The notes below the pieces were generated by a model that was not told the origin of the DNA, did not search any database, and saw only the letters and a program-made list of their open reading frames with translations. A DNA stretch of 64,000 nucleotides, taken from NCBI GenBank assembly GCA_030834275.1, contig JAURFP010000002.1, forward strand, positions 1,036 to 65,035. Reading direction: 5' to 3'. The position numbers and the translations under genes were made by a program. Source of the DNA: Burkholderiales bacterium (GTDB lineage: Bacteria > Pseudomonadota > Gammaproteobacteria > Burkholderiales > Eutrophovitaceae). Below, piece after piece: positions 36,628-48,950 of this stretch; position 1 is the first letter of the stretch; every line of letters starts with the position of its first letter.

Positions 36628-39600
36628 TCAAAGCAGTACGCGCTCGATGCCACCAGCATTCGCCTGGTCAACGTAAGCCTTTAACCAATCTCCCCCCAAA
36701 ACCTGCTTCGCAATCTCAACAACGATGTAGTCCGCATCTAGATCTACATCATTCTTAAAGCGTGATAGACCTTGTAAACACGAAGGGCACGAAGTAAGAA
36801 TTTTCGTAGTAGTGCCACTACCCGCTTTATTCAGTTTCTCTATTCCTTTGATGAGCTCCTCTTGTTTTCTAAAACGTACCTGCGTAGAGATATCAGGGCG
36901 CGTGATCGCAAGCGTTCCAGATTCTCCACAGCAACGCTCATTGAGAGGAACATCCTGGCCCATTAATTCGGAAACGACCTTTGTTGGCTGATAGGTTTTC
37001 ATCGGCGTGTGGCAAGGATCGTGATACATATATTGGACCCCCTCGACCCCTTCGGTGCGAATTCCTTTTTCAAGCAAATATTCATGGATATCAAGAATTC
37101 GGCTTCCAGGAAATATCTTATCGAATTCATAGTGCTGCAATTGGTCCATGCAAGTGCCACACGACACCACAACTGTTTTAATATCAAGATAATTAAGCGT
37201 GTTTGCAAGTCGATGGAACAAAACACGATTATCCGTAATCATTGCCTGGCCCTTTGCATCCATGCCAGCAGCTCGCTGGGGATAACCGCAACACAGATAA
37301 CCTGGTGGCAACACGGTTTTTACCCCCACGTGATACAACATCGCTTGAGTCGCCAAGCCTACTTGCGAGAACAGTCGTTCACTACCACAGCCGGGGAAAT
37401 AAAAAACTGCATCAGACTCGTCATTCGTTTTTTGCGCATCTCGAATGACTGGAACGATACGAGCATCTTCAATATCGAGAAGCCCTCTCGACGTTTTTTT
37501 CGGGAGATTCCCAGGCATGGGTTTATTTACAAAATGGATTACCTGCGCTCTGATGGGAGTTTTCCCCACGGTCGCGGGGGGGCGTCTTGTTTGCGCTTGA
37601 GCTAGCCCTACCGCCCGTACCAACCGATTCGCGAACCGCTGGACACGATAGCCCACAGATATAAAAGCGCCCCGTACGAGTTTTATGGTGCGTGGGTCCG
37701 TGAGATTTAAAAACAGCATTGCCATGCTTGTTTTGATATTTGATTTTTTCTTTCCCTGCTTTCTTAGAAAGCTCCTCATCGCCATGGACACATCACCGAA
37801 ATCGATATTCACGGGGCAGGGGTTTAAACACTTATGACATACCGTGCAATGCTCTGCGACGTCATCAAATTCCTCAAAGTGTTCTAAAGCTATACCTCGA
37901 CGAGTCTGCTCTTCATACAAGAATGCCTCAATCAGAAGCGATGTCGCCAAAATCTTATTGCGGGGGCTGTATAAAAGATTTGCACGAGGCACATGCGTTG
38001 CACAGACGGGCTTACATTTCCCACAACGTAAGCAGTCTTTAATAGAATCAGCTATCCCGCCGATGTCACTTTCTTCGAGAATCAAACTCTCTAGACCAAG
38101 TAATCCAAAACTGGGAGTGTATGCTCGCGTTAAATTTGCACCTGGTTGTAACTTTCCTTTGTTAAACCGCCCTTCAGGATCGACTTTGTTTTTATACTCC
38201 CAAAACTTCTCAAGCTCTTGATCCTCCAAAAAATCAAGCTTTGTAATTCCGATCCCATGCTCTCCCGAGATTACGCCACCAAGAGCACGTGCGAGAAGCA
38301 TCACCTCATCAACCGCCTGGTTAGCGCGCTGTAGCATTTGATAATCATCAGAGTTCACAGGAATATTCGTGTGAACGTTTCCATCGCCCGCATGCATATG
38401 AAGCGCGATGAAAACACGACTTTTTAAAACTTTTTTATGGATACTGTCGATTGCTAACCGAACTTCTTCAAACGCCCGGCCTTCAAAGAGTCCGGTCAGC
38501 TCTTCTCTTACTGCCGCTTTCCAAGAAACGCGTAACGCGTAACTTTGAATAAGACTAAATACAGAAGCATCCTGCGAGCAACCTTCAGGTAACAGCGCGG
38601 CATCCTCGGGGTAAATCTTTATATGATCCTCGACAGAATGATCGAGGGATTGCAACAACCAACTCCATTTATCGACTACTCGATCAATGAGCGCGTTCGC
38701 CTCAAGGCAGCGACTGATAAATAAATCTTTGCCAATCTCCTCCTCGATCGTGCGCTTGAGTGGCAATTCAAGGGAAATGTATTGCTTTATCGCAGCAAGT
38801 ATTGAGAGTTTGTTTTCAATTGATAAACGAATATTAATTTTTTCGATTCCATCAGAGTACGCCGCTAGTTGATCTAGCGGGATCACTACATCCTCATTAA
38901 TCTTGAACGCGTTCGTATGCTTAGCGATTGCGGCCGTCCGCGCACGATCTAACCAGAACTGACGCCGCGCTTCGGCGCTCACAGCTACGAATCCTTCTCC
39001 ATGACGTGCATTTGCCATCAGCACGACACGAGATGCCGCTGCCCCCGCCGCCGCTTCATTATCGCTTACGATATCTGCAAGTAACACCATTTTTGGTTTG
39101 CCGTGGCGTTTGGCTTTAGGCGTATATCCAACTGCCCTCACGTATCGTTCATCCAAATGCTCAAGGCCCGCGAGCTGCACCTCGGAGTTTTGATCGAGCG
39201 CTGTTTTAATCTCAACGATTGACGGTACCGCCTCAGCAACTGTCCCATAAAACTCTAAGCACACTGTTCGCGTAAAACTTGGCATACGATGCAAAATAAA
39301 ACGCGCGGAGGTGATAATCCCGTCGCAACCTTCTTTCTGAATTCCGGGAAGCCCTCCCAGAAACTTGTCGGTGACATCTTTCCCGAGACCGATTTTCCGA
39401 AATGCTGAACCAGGAATTTCAATATTTTCAGTTCGGAGCAGCTGATTTTTTGGCGAGGAGTACGTCAACCGGAAACGAGCCAACTCTACCTCATGAATCT
39501 TCCCTAAATTGTGACCAATTCGCTCAACCAAAAGTTGGTTGCCATCGGGCATCACCATCGTCCAAGAAGCAAGGTTATCAATCGCCGTCCCCCACAAAAC

Positions 39601-40485
39601 TGCTTTCTTACCACCCGCGTTCATTGCAACGTTTCCACCGATACAAGACGCGTCTGCCGATGTGGGGTCTACCGCAAAAACCAAACCTTTATTCTCTGCA
39701 GCCTCCATGACGCGGCGGGTGACAACGCCAGCGCCGCAGTTAATCGTAGGGACTTCTACATCGACTTGAGGCAACCGGATTTTCTCGACTTCACCGAGAC
39801 GATCTAATTTTTCTGTGTTGATAATTGCAGAAAAAGGGGTAAGCGGTATTGCCCCTCCGGTGTAACCTGTACCACCACCACGAGGAATAATCGTGAGTCC
39901 TAGTCGAACACACGCGCGAACGAGCTCGCTCACCTCCTCCGCGCTGTCTGGATGTAGCACCACAAATGGATACTCGACTCGCCAGTCTGTCGCATCGGTC
40001 GCGTGAGATACACGAGCCAAGCCATCAAATGCGACATTATCTTTTCGAGTCACTCTCTTAAAAACTCGAATTGCTTTTTTTCGAAGCGAAATAATTTCTT
40101 CGAACTGATTGGAAAACCGCTCGATTGCTTCTGAGACACCCACAATTAGATCGATAACTCGGGGGTCTTTACTAATCGCTCTTTTTTTTACCTCGGTCAG
40201 GCGGTGCCAGAGTGCACTGATAAGTAGCCCACGTCGATTTTTATTGTTTATCAAATCGTCTTGAAGATACGGATTACGATCGATTACCCAAATATCCCCA
40301 AGAATCTCATACAACATCCTCGCCGAGCGTCCCGTAATCCGCTGATCACGTAAGTCGACGATCGTCTTCCAAGCCTCTTCGCCCAGTAAGCGAATCACAA
40401 TCTCTCTGTCAGAGAATGAGGTGTAGTTATAAGGAATTTCTCGAAGTCGCAGCGGGGCTGCTAAAAAGCCTGGGGTGGGTTCCAT
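36628..40485 (-). CDS. DUF3683-FAD-linked oxidase-4Fe-4S/CCG-domain fusion oxidoreductase (1285 aa)
   Basis: N-terminal [15 protein letters not shown] (DUF3683-like). FAD-binding PCMH region (VVLHPDS...[13 protein letters not shown]). Two ferredoxin-type clusters ([23 protein letters not shown]). Two CCG-type Cys-rich repeats (CCGYP, CCGESG). Confidence 0.8.
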   Translation of the reverse strand: MEPTPGFLAAPLRLREIPYNYTSFSDREIVIRLLGEEAWKTIVDLRDQRITGRSARMLYEILGDIWVIDRNPYLQDDLINNKNRRGLLISALWHRLTEVKKRAISKDPRVIDLIVGVSEAIERFSNQFEEIISLRKKAIRVFKRVTRKDNVAFDGLARVSHATDATDWRVEYPFVVLHPDSAEEVSELVRACVRLGLTIIPRGGGTGYTGGAIPLTPFSAIINTEKLDRLGEVEKIRLPQVDVEVPTINCGAGVVTRRVMEAAENKGLVFAVDPTSADASCIGGNVAMNAGGKKAVLWGTAIDNLASWTMVMPDGNQLLVERIGHNLGKIHEVELARFRLTYSSPKNQLLRTENIEIPGSAFRKIGLGKDVTDKFLGGLPGIQKEGCDGIITSARFILHRMPSFTRTVCLEFYGTVAEAVPSIVEIKTALDQNSEVQLAGLEHLDERYVRAVGYTPKAKRHGKPKMVLLADIVSDNEAAAGAAASRVVLMANARHGEGFVAVSAEARRQFWLDRARTAAIAKHTNAFKINEDVVIPLDQLAAYSDGIEKINIRLSIENKLSILAAIKQYISLELPLKRTIEEEIGKDLFISRCLEANALIDRVVDKWSWLLQSLDHSVEDHIKIYPEDAALLPEGCSQDASVFSLIQSYALRVSWKAAVREELTGLFEGRAFEEVRLAIDSIHKKVLKSRVFIALHMHAGDGNVHTNIPVNSDDYQMLQRANQAVDEVMLLARALGGVISGEHGIGITKLDFLEDQELEKFWEYKNKVDPEGRFNKGKLQPGANLTRAYTPSFGLLGLESLILEESDIGGIADSIKDCLRCGKCKPVCATHVPRANLLYSPRNKILATSLLIEAFLYEEQTRRGIALEHFEEFDDVAEHCTVCHKCLNPCPVNIDFGDVSMAMRSFLRKQGKKKSNIKTSMAMLFLNLTDPRTIKLVRGAFISVGYRVQRFANRLVRAVGLAQAQTRRPPATVGKTPIRAQVIHFVNKPMPGNLPKKTSRGLLDIEDARIVPVIRDAQKTNDESDAVFYFPGCGSERLFSQVGLATQAMLYHVGVKTVLPPGYLCCGYPQRAAGMDAKGQAMITDNRVLFHRLANTLNYLDIKTVVVSCGTCMDQLQHYEFDKIFPGSRILDIHEYLLEKGIRTEGVEGVQYMYHDPCHTPMKTYQPTKVVSELMGQDVPLNERCCGESGTLAITRPDISTQVRFRKQEELIKGIEKLNKAGSGTTTKILTSCPSCLQGLSRFKNDVDLDADYIVVEIAKQVLGGDWLKAYVDQANAGGIERVLL

Positions 40486-40555
40486 CTGTATCCGATTTAA
40501 GTAAAAAAAGTTACCGCGAGAGTTAGTTTATCTTACCAAGCACTCGAGTGCCGGC

Positions 40556-40960
40556 TCACGTTAGTAATAGCAGTAAACACAGGTATCGAAAAAATTTACC
40601 TATGAGGATTGCCACAGAGCACACCAGCACATTCATTCGAAGCCAGCCCGCCGCGAGACACAGCGCATCGCCGATAATCGGCACCCACGACAATAAGAGG
40701 GCCCAATAGCCCCATTTCATTAAAAATTGTTTACTAAACTTAGTTGGTAATTTGCGCTCCGGAATAACCCGCGCCATTAAAAGTGACGAAATCCCACCTA
40801 TCGTATTCCCGACGGTCGCAACAATAAGTACGTTTAATCCGCTAACACTGCCCTCTAAAACAATGGCAGCGAAAACCGCTTCGGATGAACCAGGAAGAAT
40901 CGTTGCTGAGGTGACACTACTCACAAACAATCCCCACAAACTCAATGTCTCTATATCCAC
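40556..40960 (-). CDS. yqaA: YqaA-family (DedA-related) membrane protein
   Basis: 134 aa with 4 helices. ATILPGSSEAVF near the N-terminus is typical of YqaA. Confidence 0.7.
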   Translation of the reverse strand: MDIETLSLWGLFVSSVTSATILPGSSEAVFAAIVLEGSVSGLNVLIVATVGNTIGGISSLLMARVIPERKLPTKFSKQFLMKWGYWALLLSWVPIIGDALCLAAGWLRMNVLVCSVAILIGKFFRYLCLLLLLT

Positions 40961-41045
40961 TGCTAAACCTCAGTACGTCAGTATTCGAAAACGTTTTAAC
41001 TTATAATTCTGCCTGACTAAAGTTTTTGTATCTGGAGGCCGCAAC

Positions 41046-41510
41046 TTGATCAAAACACCAAAACAACTTGTCACCGTAGTGGTGCTCTCATTTATCGTTC
41101 CTATTGCCCTAATACTTCTGACAATCAACGTCATAACGGGCGGTATAGACGTCGATCCTGACAGTCCGGCGATGAGCGACGAAGCGGTTGCAAAGCGGTT
41201 GAATCCGGGAAGCGAAGCGCCAAAGAAAGCAGGTGGTGGCGCTACGGCGAGCGTCGCGGTAGCGAATGCTAATCCTGGAGAAAGTTTATACAACAAGGTT
41301 TGCCAGACTTGTCACAACGCCGGAATCGGAGGTGCCCCCAAATTCGGTGATAAAGCCGCTTGGGGAGAACGTCTGAAGCAAGGTAAAGAAACGTTATACA
41401 AAAGCGTGATCAACGGGAAAAATCTCATGCCCGCAAGAGGTGGCGCTGCAGGCGCGACAGATGATGACATCAAAGCATCGGTGGATTACATTTTGTCAAA
41501 AGTTCAGTAG
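41046..41510 (+). CDS. Membrane-anchored cytochrome c5-family protein
   Basis: N-terminal TM anchor, heme motif CQTCHNAG, distal LMPARGG (Met ligand). TTG start 7 nt after GGAGG (41034-41038). Confidence 0.8.
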   Translation: MIKTPKQLVTVVVLSFIVPIALILLTINVITGGIDVDPDSPAMSDEAVAKRLNPGSEAPKKAGGGATASVAVANANPGESLYNKVCQTCHNAGIGGAPKFGDKAAWGERLKQGKETLYKSVINGKNLMPARGGAAGATDDDIKASVDYILSKVQ

Positions 41511-41533
41511 TTGATCGACATAATGAAAAACGC

Positions 41534-41560
41534 GGCGCTCCTCGTGAGCGCCTTTTTTTT
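41534..41560 (+). terminator. Rho-independent terminator after the cytochrome c5 gene
   Basis: Stem GGCGCTC (41534-41540) / GAGCGCC (41546-41552), 5-nt loop, followed by T8 (41553-41560). Confidence 0.8.
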
Positions 41561-41575
41561 AGTAGGGAACTAACA

Positions 41576-42379
41576 ATGACACGCTATGCGATTGGGGATA
41601 TTCAGGGCTGCCACGACAGCCTAGAAAAACTTCTTTCCGTCATTGACTTTGCTCCAGAGAAAGACCAACTTTGGCTCGTGGGAGATGTCGTCAACCGTGG
41701 GCCCAAATCTCTTGAGACCTTGAGAAAAATATTCTCGATGAAAGACTCGGTCAAATTGGTTCTTGGGAATCACGACCTGCATTTGATTTCATTGGATGCG
41801 GGGTTCGGAAAAATTCGTGATGACGATACCGTCAATGAAATTCTCGAAGCCCCTGATCGAGAAGCTTTGGTGAGTTGGTTAAGAGCACAGCCGCTCATGT
41901 ATGTCGAGGATAAGTACGTCATGGTTCACGCCGGGGTTCTCCCCGATTGGACCATCCCACAGGCTCAAGCATGTGCGCAAGAAGTTGAGGCACATCTGAG
42001 GGGTTCCGACTATCGGCTTTTCCTCGAAAATATGTACGGAAGCAACCCCGCCAAGTGGAACGAAGAGCTACAAGGGTGGGAGAGATTACGCATTATCGTG
42101 AATGCATTTACCCGTATGCGCGTCTGTCAAAAAAATGGGGAGTTAGATTTCAAATTCAAAGGTGAGCCTAAAGATCTTGCCGATAACTTAGTTCCTTGGT
42201 TTAAAGCGACCAGCTCGAGAGACAAAAAATTTAAAGTATTGTTTGGACATTGGTCAGCGCTTGGAGTTTATATTGGTGAATCCGTCGTAGGACTTGATTC
42301 CGGCTGCGTTTGGGGAGGCAAGCTCACAGCAATCCGGCTCGAGGACAACGAAATATTCCAGGTCGACTACTGCGGCTAG
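41576..42379 (+). CDS. apaH: Bis(5'-nucleosyl)-tetraphosphatase, symmetrical
   Basis: YAIGDIQGC, LVGDVVNRGP and GNHD metallophosphatase motifs in an ApaH-like arrangement. Confidence 0.9.
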   Translation: MTRYAIGDIQGCHDSLEKLLSVIDFAPEKDQLWLVGDVVNRGPKSLETLRKIFSMKDSVKLVLGNHDLHLISLDAGFGKIRDDDTVNEILEAPDREALVSWLRAQPLMYVEDKYVMVHAGVLPDWTIPQAQACAQEVEAHLRGSDYRLFLENMYGSNPAKWNEELQGWERLRIIVNAFTRMRVCQKNGELDFKFKGEPKDLADNLVPWFKATSSRDKKFKVLFGHWSALGVYIGESVVGLDSGCVWGGKLTAIRLEDNEIFQVDYCG

Positions 42380-42385
42380 GTTGTC

Positions 42386-43327
42386 TTAATTCAATTTAAT
42401 AGTCGTACCAAATTCCTCTTTAAATTTCGATTCGATTTCGACTTTATCGAAAAGATGATTCTGAGGTCCTCGACTTGCGATTTTTATCGAACCCACTAAC
42501 GAAGCGAGTTGGCCTGTTAATTTCCAGTCCCAGTCGTGTTGAATTCCATACAATAAGCCCGATCGATACGAGTCGCCACAGCCAGTAGGGTCTAATATTT
42601 CCGCTGCCGATACGGCTGGAATACTGATCTCCTCGCCTTTCGTAAAAATCACCGAGCCCTCACCTCCTCTTGTGACAATCAGAGCTTTCACTTGTTTTGC
42701 TATTTCGTCGATCGATTTCCCGACCTTCTCTTGTAACAATTTCGCTTCGTAATCGTTCACGGTTAAAAAATCTGCTATCCCGATGAAGTGGACAAGCTCA
42801 GCTTGATCAAACATTGGGAGACCTTGGCCTGGATCAAAAATAAACGGTACGCCGCTCTGATGGAATTCATTGGCATGTTTGATCATGCCGCTCTTACCAT
42901 CCGGCGAGACAATACCAAGGCTAATGCCCTTCGCGTCCAGGACGCTATTCTCATCAGAGAAACTCATCGCGCCCGGGTGAAACGCTGTGATTTGATTATC
43001 ATCAAGATCCGTGGTGATGAACGCCTGAGCGGTGTACGCATCATTAATCACTCGAACGTGAGTCGTATCGAGACCGAGCGCCTCCATCCTCTCCGTATAG
43101 GGCTTGTGATCCTGTCCAACTGTCGCCATAACCACTGGATCGCCTCCAAGCAACTTCAGGCTATAGGCAATATTTCCAGCACAGCCGCCAAATTCCTTCC
43201 TCATCTCGGGAACCAGAAACGCGACGTTTAGAATGTGGATTTGATCGGGAAGAATATGATTCTTAAATCGATCGGCAAAAACCATGATGGAATCGAAAGC
43301 AACAGATCCACATATTAACGTTCTCAT
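42386..43327 (-). CDS. PfkB-family carbohydrate/nucleoside kinase (adenosine kinase-like)
   Basis: 313 aa. GGCAGNIAYSL region and C-terminal DPTGCGDSYRSGLLYG (PfkB signature 2). Confidence 0.75.
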   Translation of the reverse strand: MRTLICGSVAFDSIMVFADRFKNHILPDQIHILNVAFLVPEMRKEFGGCAGNIAYSLKLLGGDPVVMATVGQDHKPYTERMEALGLDTTHVRVINDAYTAQAFITTDLDDNQITAFHPGAMSFSDENSVLDAKGISLGIVSPDGKSGMIKHANEFHQSGVPFIFDPGQGLPMFDQAELVHFIGIADFLTVNDYEAKLLQEKVGKSIDEIAKQVKALIVTRGGEGSVIFTKGEEISIPAVSAAEILDPTGCGDSYRSGLLYGIQHDWDWKLTGQLASLVGSIKIASRGPQNHLFDKVEIESKFKEEFGTTIKLN

Positions 43328-43373
43328 TTTTTCTCCAAAAAACTAAATTTTATTTCTCGGCGTCTTTGATTAA

Positions 43374-44471
43374 TTACGTCTGGACAAGCCTTCGGTTTTT
43401 ATCAATATTCATCAAAATACCAAGCCCCAAAAGCAGCGTGACCGCGGAGGTTCCTCCATATGACACGAGTGGTAGCGGAACACCAACGACCGGCAATATT
43501 CCTGTCACCATACCAATATTGACAAATGCATAAATAAAAAATGTGAGCGTTACCGAAATTGCAACTAATCTTGCAAACAGTGTCGAAGCGAGTGAAGCTA
43601 TAAACAACCCTTTGTAGATGATAAAACCATATAACACTCCTAATACCAAAATTCCGAGTAGCCCAAACTCTTCTCCAAATACTGCAAAAATAAAGTCCGT
43701 GGATCCTTCCGGTAGGAAATTCAGTTGGGACTGCGTACCATTCATCCATCCCTTACCAAAAAAACCGCCGGACCCTAGTGCTATTGCAGATTGTATTGTG
43801 TGGTATCCACTACCCAAAGGATCGGCGTATGGATTTAATAAAGTCAATACTCTTAGCCGCTGATACTCGTGCAAAAACTCCCAGGCGAACGGCAGTGCAA
43901 GAAGAAATAAAACAACGAAAGCCAAGAGAACTCGCAAAGGGAGCCCAGCAAAAAATATAATGAAAAACCCAGATGCCAATACGAGTATCGCAGTGCCCAA
44001 ATCAGGCTGCTCTAAAATTAATGCAACGGGTATCACTAGCAAAACCATCGCGAGGATAAAATTACTAAGGCTCAAGACCTTTTCATAGCGATCAAAATAC
44101 CAAGCTAGCGTCAAAGGCACGGCTATTTTCATGAGCTCCGATGGTTGCAAGCGAACGAATCCCAAATCGAGCCAACGTTGAGCTCCCTTTGAAGCATCCC
44201 CAATGAACATCGTCAAAACTAGCAGCAATAATCCGACAAAATACAACGGTAGTGCAATTCGATGTAAATATTGGAAAGGAAGATTCGCGATACACCACAT
44301 CAAAACTATCGCAACTAATATATTTACTAAATGCGTTGAGAGCTTCTCCCAACTTCCCTGCGAGGCACTAAAGAGCACCAATACACTGATTCCAAAAACC
44401 GCGAGAATTGCTACTAACATCGACACCGTCATCTTTTTTAAAAGAATCGAGCGAATACTCCCAAGTGTCAT
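43374..44471 (-). CDS. rodA: Peptidoglycan glycosyltransferase RodA (SEDS family)
   Basis: 365-aa polytopic protein. QPSELMKIA, EQPDLGTA and VSYGGTS motifs. 4-nt overlap with mrdA. Confidence 0.9.
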   Translation of the reverse strand: MTLGSIRSILLKKMTVSMLVAILAVFGISVLVLFSASQGSWEKLSTHLVNILVAIVLMWCIANLPFQYLHRIALPLYFVGLLLLVLTMFIGDASKGAQRWLDLGFVRLQPSELMKIAVPLTLAWYFDRYEKVLSLSNFILAMVLLVIPVALILEQPDLGTAILVLASGFFIIFFAGLPLRVLLAFVVLFLLALPFAWEFLHEYQRLRVLTLLNPYADPLGSGYHTIQSAIALGSGGFFGKGWMNGTQSQLNFLPEGSTDFIFAVFGEEFGLLGILVLGVLYGFIIYKGLFIASLASTLFARLVAISVTLTFFIYAFVNIGMVTGILPVVGVPLPLVSYGGTSAVTLLLGLGILMNIDKNRRLVQT

Positions 44472-46345
44472 CGGAAGTCCTCGCCGATGGGTACTCGAGG
44501 TGTTAAATACGTATCGAAGACCTTCCGAGCAATCGGAGCTGCGGCACTGCCGCCGTGTCCTCCATTTTCAACTAATACCGCTAACGCGATTTTCGGATGC
44601 TCAGCAGGAGCGTACGCGATAAATAACGCATGGTCTCTCAAACGCTCATCGATCTGTGCTTCGTTATACTCCGCCCCCTTTAAACTAAACACCTGAGCTG
44701 TTCCCGTTTTCCCTGCGAAAGTGTACTTTGCTCCGGCCGCGGCCGCTGCCGCAGTTCCCCCTGGTCGGGTGACATCGATCATCGCATGGTGAATGAGTTC
44801 GACATTTTCGGCGTGCAGTTTCAGGGAAAACATCGGCAAGGGGGTTGTCAACTCTAACTCTTGATCACGATTATCCTGTATCCCTTGCACGATTCTCGGC
44901 ACAAATACATTCGCACCATTCGCCAACCCAGCCGTGGCAACGGCAAGCTGAGTAGGCGTTACGAGATTATAGCCCTGCCCAATACCAACTGAAATAGTGT
45001 CGCCCAAGAACCATTTCTGGCCAAATCGCTTCTGCTTCCACTGGGGGTTTGGCGCGAGACCGGCATACTCACCTAAAATATCTAAACCCGTTGGCGAACC
45101 GAATCCAAAGCGCCTCGAGTATTCGTGTAAAACATCAATGCCAACGTCGTTTGCCAATTTATAAAAATAGGTATCACACGACTCCACAATCGCTTTGTGT
45201 GTATCGACAACCCCATGGCCATTTTTTTTCCAATCTCTAAAACGATGCTTCGAACCCTTGATCGTAAAGTAGCCAGGATCTGACATAGTCCATGAGGCAG
45301 TTCGAGCTCCACTCTCTAAGCCTGCAAGAGCGAAAAACGGTTTGATAGTCGACCCTGGGGGATACGTTCCGGCTATGGCTCTATTCACCAATGGTCGATC
45401 TGGGGATGACTGAAGTGCCTTCCAATTGTCTCGCGTGATTCCGAGTGAAAACAACACAGGATCAAAACCAGGCTTCGATAGGAATGCTAAGACACTACCA
45501 TCATTGGGGTCCAGAGCAACAAGAGCGCCACGCCGATCACCAAATGCCTCCTCCGCTGCTTGCTGAAGCCGGATATCGATAGACAAATATAAATTTTTCC
45601 CGTTTGTTGGAAGATCAGACTCAATGGTTCGAATAGTCTTTCCCTTGGAATTGACCTCAACATAGTCGTATCCTAACTTACCGCGTAATGCTGATTCATA
45701 ATAGCCTTCGATGCCGAGTTTTCCTTTTCGATCCGTACGAAGATAATTACTTCGCTGCCCTTGGCGCTCTAGGTCTTCGAGATCTTGATCTGTTACACGG
45801 CCAACATATCCGAGAAGGTGCGAAGTGAGTTCCCCGAAAGGATATCTACGATAGAGTCTTGCTCCAAGCTTTACCTTAGGAAAGGTATAAGCATTAGCCA
45901 GAAAAATCGCCGCCTCTTCATCGCTGAGCTCACCCCTAATAACAATGTTTGCGAACCTGCTCCGCCGGGCTAGCGTTTCTTGGATCCGCTCACGATCATC
46001 ATTCGTAATCTCTATTAGGTTAGATATGCCATCGACTACACCCCAAAAATCTGCCTCTTCTTCAAGCGGTTCTAGCTCGAGCGTGTAGGCGGAGTAATTT
46101 TCGGCAAGAACAACACCGTTACGGTCAAAAATCATTCCACGACCAGGTATCCTAGGAACAACTTTTATTCGATTATCGTTCGACATGACCGAGTAATGCT
46201 CGAAGCGAATAATTTGTAAATAAATTATTCGCGCTGCCAGTATGCCCACTAGAATCACTAAGGCAACCAACGTTGCACCAAGTCTTTTCTTGAAATCAAT
46301 AATCCCACTAGATCGGTGGCGCGTAGATCGGTTTGGAGGTCTCAC
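44468..46345 (-). CDS. mrdA: Penicillin-binding protein 2 (elongasome transpeptidase)
   Basis: 625 aa. N-terminal TM anchor, active-site PGSTIKP (SxxK), SCD (SxN-like), KTGTAQ (KTG). Confidence 0.9.
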   Translation of the reverse strand: MRPPNRSTRHRSSGIIDFKKRLGATLVALVILVGILAARIIYLQIIRFEHYSVMSNDNRIKVVPRIPGRGMIFDRNGVVLAENYSAYTLELEPLEEEADFWGVVDGISNLIEITNDDRERIQETLARRSRFANIVIRGELSDEEAAIFLANAYTFPKVKLGARLYRRYPFGELTSHLLGYVGRVTDQDLEDLERQGQRSNYLRTDRKGKLGIEGYYESALRGKLGYDYVEVNSKGKTIRTIESDLPTNGKNLYLSIDIRLQQAAEEAFGDRRGALVALDPNDGSVLAFLSKPGFDPVLFSLGITRDNWKALQSSPDRPLVNRAIAGTYPPGSTIKPFFALAGLESGARTASWTMSDPGYFTIKGSKHRFRDWKKNGHGVVDTHKAIVESCDTYFYKLANDVGIDVLHEYSRRFGFGSPTGLDILGEYAGLAPNPQWKQKRFGQKWFLGDTISVGIGQGYNLVTPTQLAVATAGLANGANVFVPRIVQGIQDNRDQELELTTPLPMFSLKLHAENVELIHHAMIDVTRPGGTAAAAAAGAKYTFAGKTGTAQVFSLKGAEYNEAQIDERLRDHALFIAYAPAEHPKIALAVLVENGGHGGSAAAPIARKVFDTYLTPRVPIGEDFR

Positions 46346-46373
46346 TTTTTTCTAGATTATTATCAACGCAGTT

Positions 46374-46877
46374 TTACCCACGAGAAAAAGTAAAAGAAAG
46401 TGTCGCTCTCATAGCAGGCCACACCAGTGCCGTCAGTATGATCCGGTATATATCGCTAAGCGCGATTAGCGACTCATACGTGAACAGTTCAATCAAACCA
46501 AAAATGCCTATCTCAATCCCAGAAAAAACAAGAAATACCCGGAGTATTTGTTGTATAGGTGTCGCAGTTTGAAAGTAGACAGATTGCCTACTAGCGACTA
46601 TCGCTACCAACACAAACGTAATCGAATGCAGGCCATAAATTCCTCCGGAGAGCCAGTCAAAGATTAACCCAACGAGAAAAGCGATACCTAATGGACACTC
46701 GAGCCTCTGCGCATTTATGGCCCAATAAAGTAATACCAAAGCTGCAAGATGCGGGAAGAGCGTTGACCAAAGACCGCCAATCGGTAAGGTAGACAAAATT
46801 AGCGATAAACCCAGCGAGATGATTACTCGCCACATATTCCTTTTATCGCGCCAATTTGCGATTGAATATTGTCTCAC
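46374..46877 (-). CDS. mreD: Rod shape-determining protein MreD
   Basis: 167-aa hydrophobic protein between mreC and mrdA. 4-nt overlap with mreC. Confidence 0.8.
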   Translation of the reverse strand: MRQYSIANWRDKRNMWRVIISLGLSLILSTLPIGGLWSTLFPHLAALVLLYWAINAQRLECPLGIAFLVGLIFDWLSGGIYGLHSITFVLVAIVASRQSVYFQTATPIQQILRVFLVFSGIEIGIFGLIELFTYESLIALSDIYRIILTALVWPAMRATLSFTFSRG

Positions 46878-47749
46878 TTGACTCCCTTAGCCACCGATCC
46901 ATAAACATCGTCGCCACTTACCGGCCCCGTGAAAATCACGAGCTCCATCCGAGCACTGGGGTCGGACATTGGATAGAGTTCGGCTTCAACAAATGGTGGT
47001 GGAGCGTCCCTATCTATCGCGCCCAGTTTTGCTACCGGGATCCCGATAGGAAAAACACCATCAAGCCCAGAGGTCACAAAAACATCGCCGACGGCCAGGT
47101 CTGTCGTATTGGGCACAAAACGTAACACCAACCTGTCCTCTCTACCTGAGCCAGCAACTATAGCTCGATAGCCAGTTCTAAGGTTCAGCGTGGAAACGCT
47201 GAAGTCACGATCAGTAATTAGCTTTACATAACTGTGGCGAGGAAAACTACGCTGCACCTGACCGACCAATCCTCCTGGATCAACCGCTGCCGCGCCTGCT
47301 GTCACCCCATCTGTTTCGCCAACATCAATTCCAACTGTTTTTTGAAATGGATCTGGCGATATAAAGGTAATGGAACCAACAACCACATTTTCTGGGCTCT
47401 TTTCCTTGAGTGAAAGGAGCTCCTCTAAATCTTTTAATCGGGATACTTGGGCTTTTTGACGTTGATCCGCGACGTACCCCACCAGATTGTCTTTGCGTAG
47501 CCGCTCATTTTCTAGAATCAATTGCCTTTTTGAACTTAAGTAAGATGTGGCAGAGCCAGCGATTCGTATCGGCAGATCAATAACGGAAAACAGGGGCTCA
47601 TAAAAATCTTGTGCAGCCTGTCTCGGTAAGGAGAAAAATGAAGTCCTTAAATCAATGACGATAGCCACTACGGCCACAGAAACATAAAAGGCCGCACTAA
47701 TATACTCGCGAGAAATGGACTTAAATGAAACGCGTGGGCTGGATTCCAT
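46874..47749 (-). CDS. mreC: Rod shape-determining protein MreC
   Basis: 291 aa. N-terminal TM helix, coiled coil (LILENERLRKDN), beta-barrel domains (VFVTSGLDGVFPIGIPV). Confidence 0.85.
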   Translation of the reverse strand: MESSPRVSFKSISREYISAAFYVSVAVVAIVIDLRTSFFSLPRQAAQDFYEPLFSVIDLPIRIAGSATSYLSSKRQLILENERLRKDNLVGYVADQRQKAQVSRLKDLEELLSLKEKSPENVVVGSITFISPDPFQKTVGIDVGETDGVTAGAAAVDPGGLVGQVQRSFPRHSYVKLITDRDFSVSTLNLRTGYRAIVAGSGREDRLVLRFVPNTTDLAVGDVFVTSGLDGVFPIGIPVAKLGAIDRDAPPPFVEAELYPMSDPSARMELVIFTGPVSGDDVYGSVAKGVK

Positions 47750-47802
47750 TTAGTAAAAACAATACCTATTAATCAAGCCTTCATCGATCGCAGAGCGCCA
47801 TA

Positions 47803-48915
<1,113 letters not shown>

Positions 48916-48950
48916 TTAAATAGCGTAACACTTTGAGGTCCCGGCGCGAA

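Noticed and set aside
37009-37605. 198-aa plus-strand ORF, with several 60-125-aa neighbours, inside the 1285-aa oxidoreductase gene
   Set aside because: It is antisense to a continuous, motif-rich 3.9-kb reading frame. The translations contain no domains and have an unusual composition.
40540-40551. 12-bp perfect palindrome GCACTCGAGTGC between yqaA and the large oxidoreductase gene
   Set aside because: It has no loop and no T-run, so it is not a convincing terminator. There is a single occurrence and no supporting context for an operator. The evidence is insufficient to call a feature.
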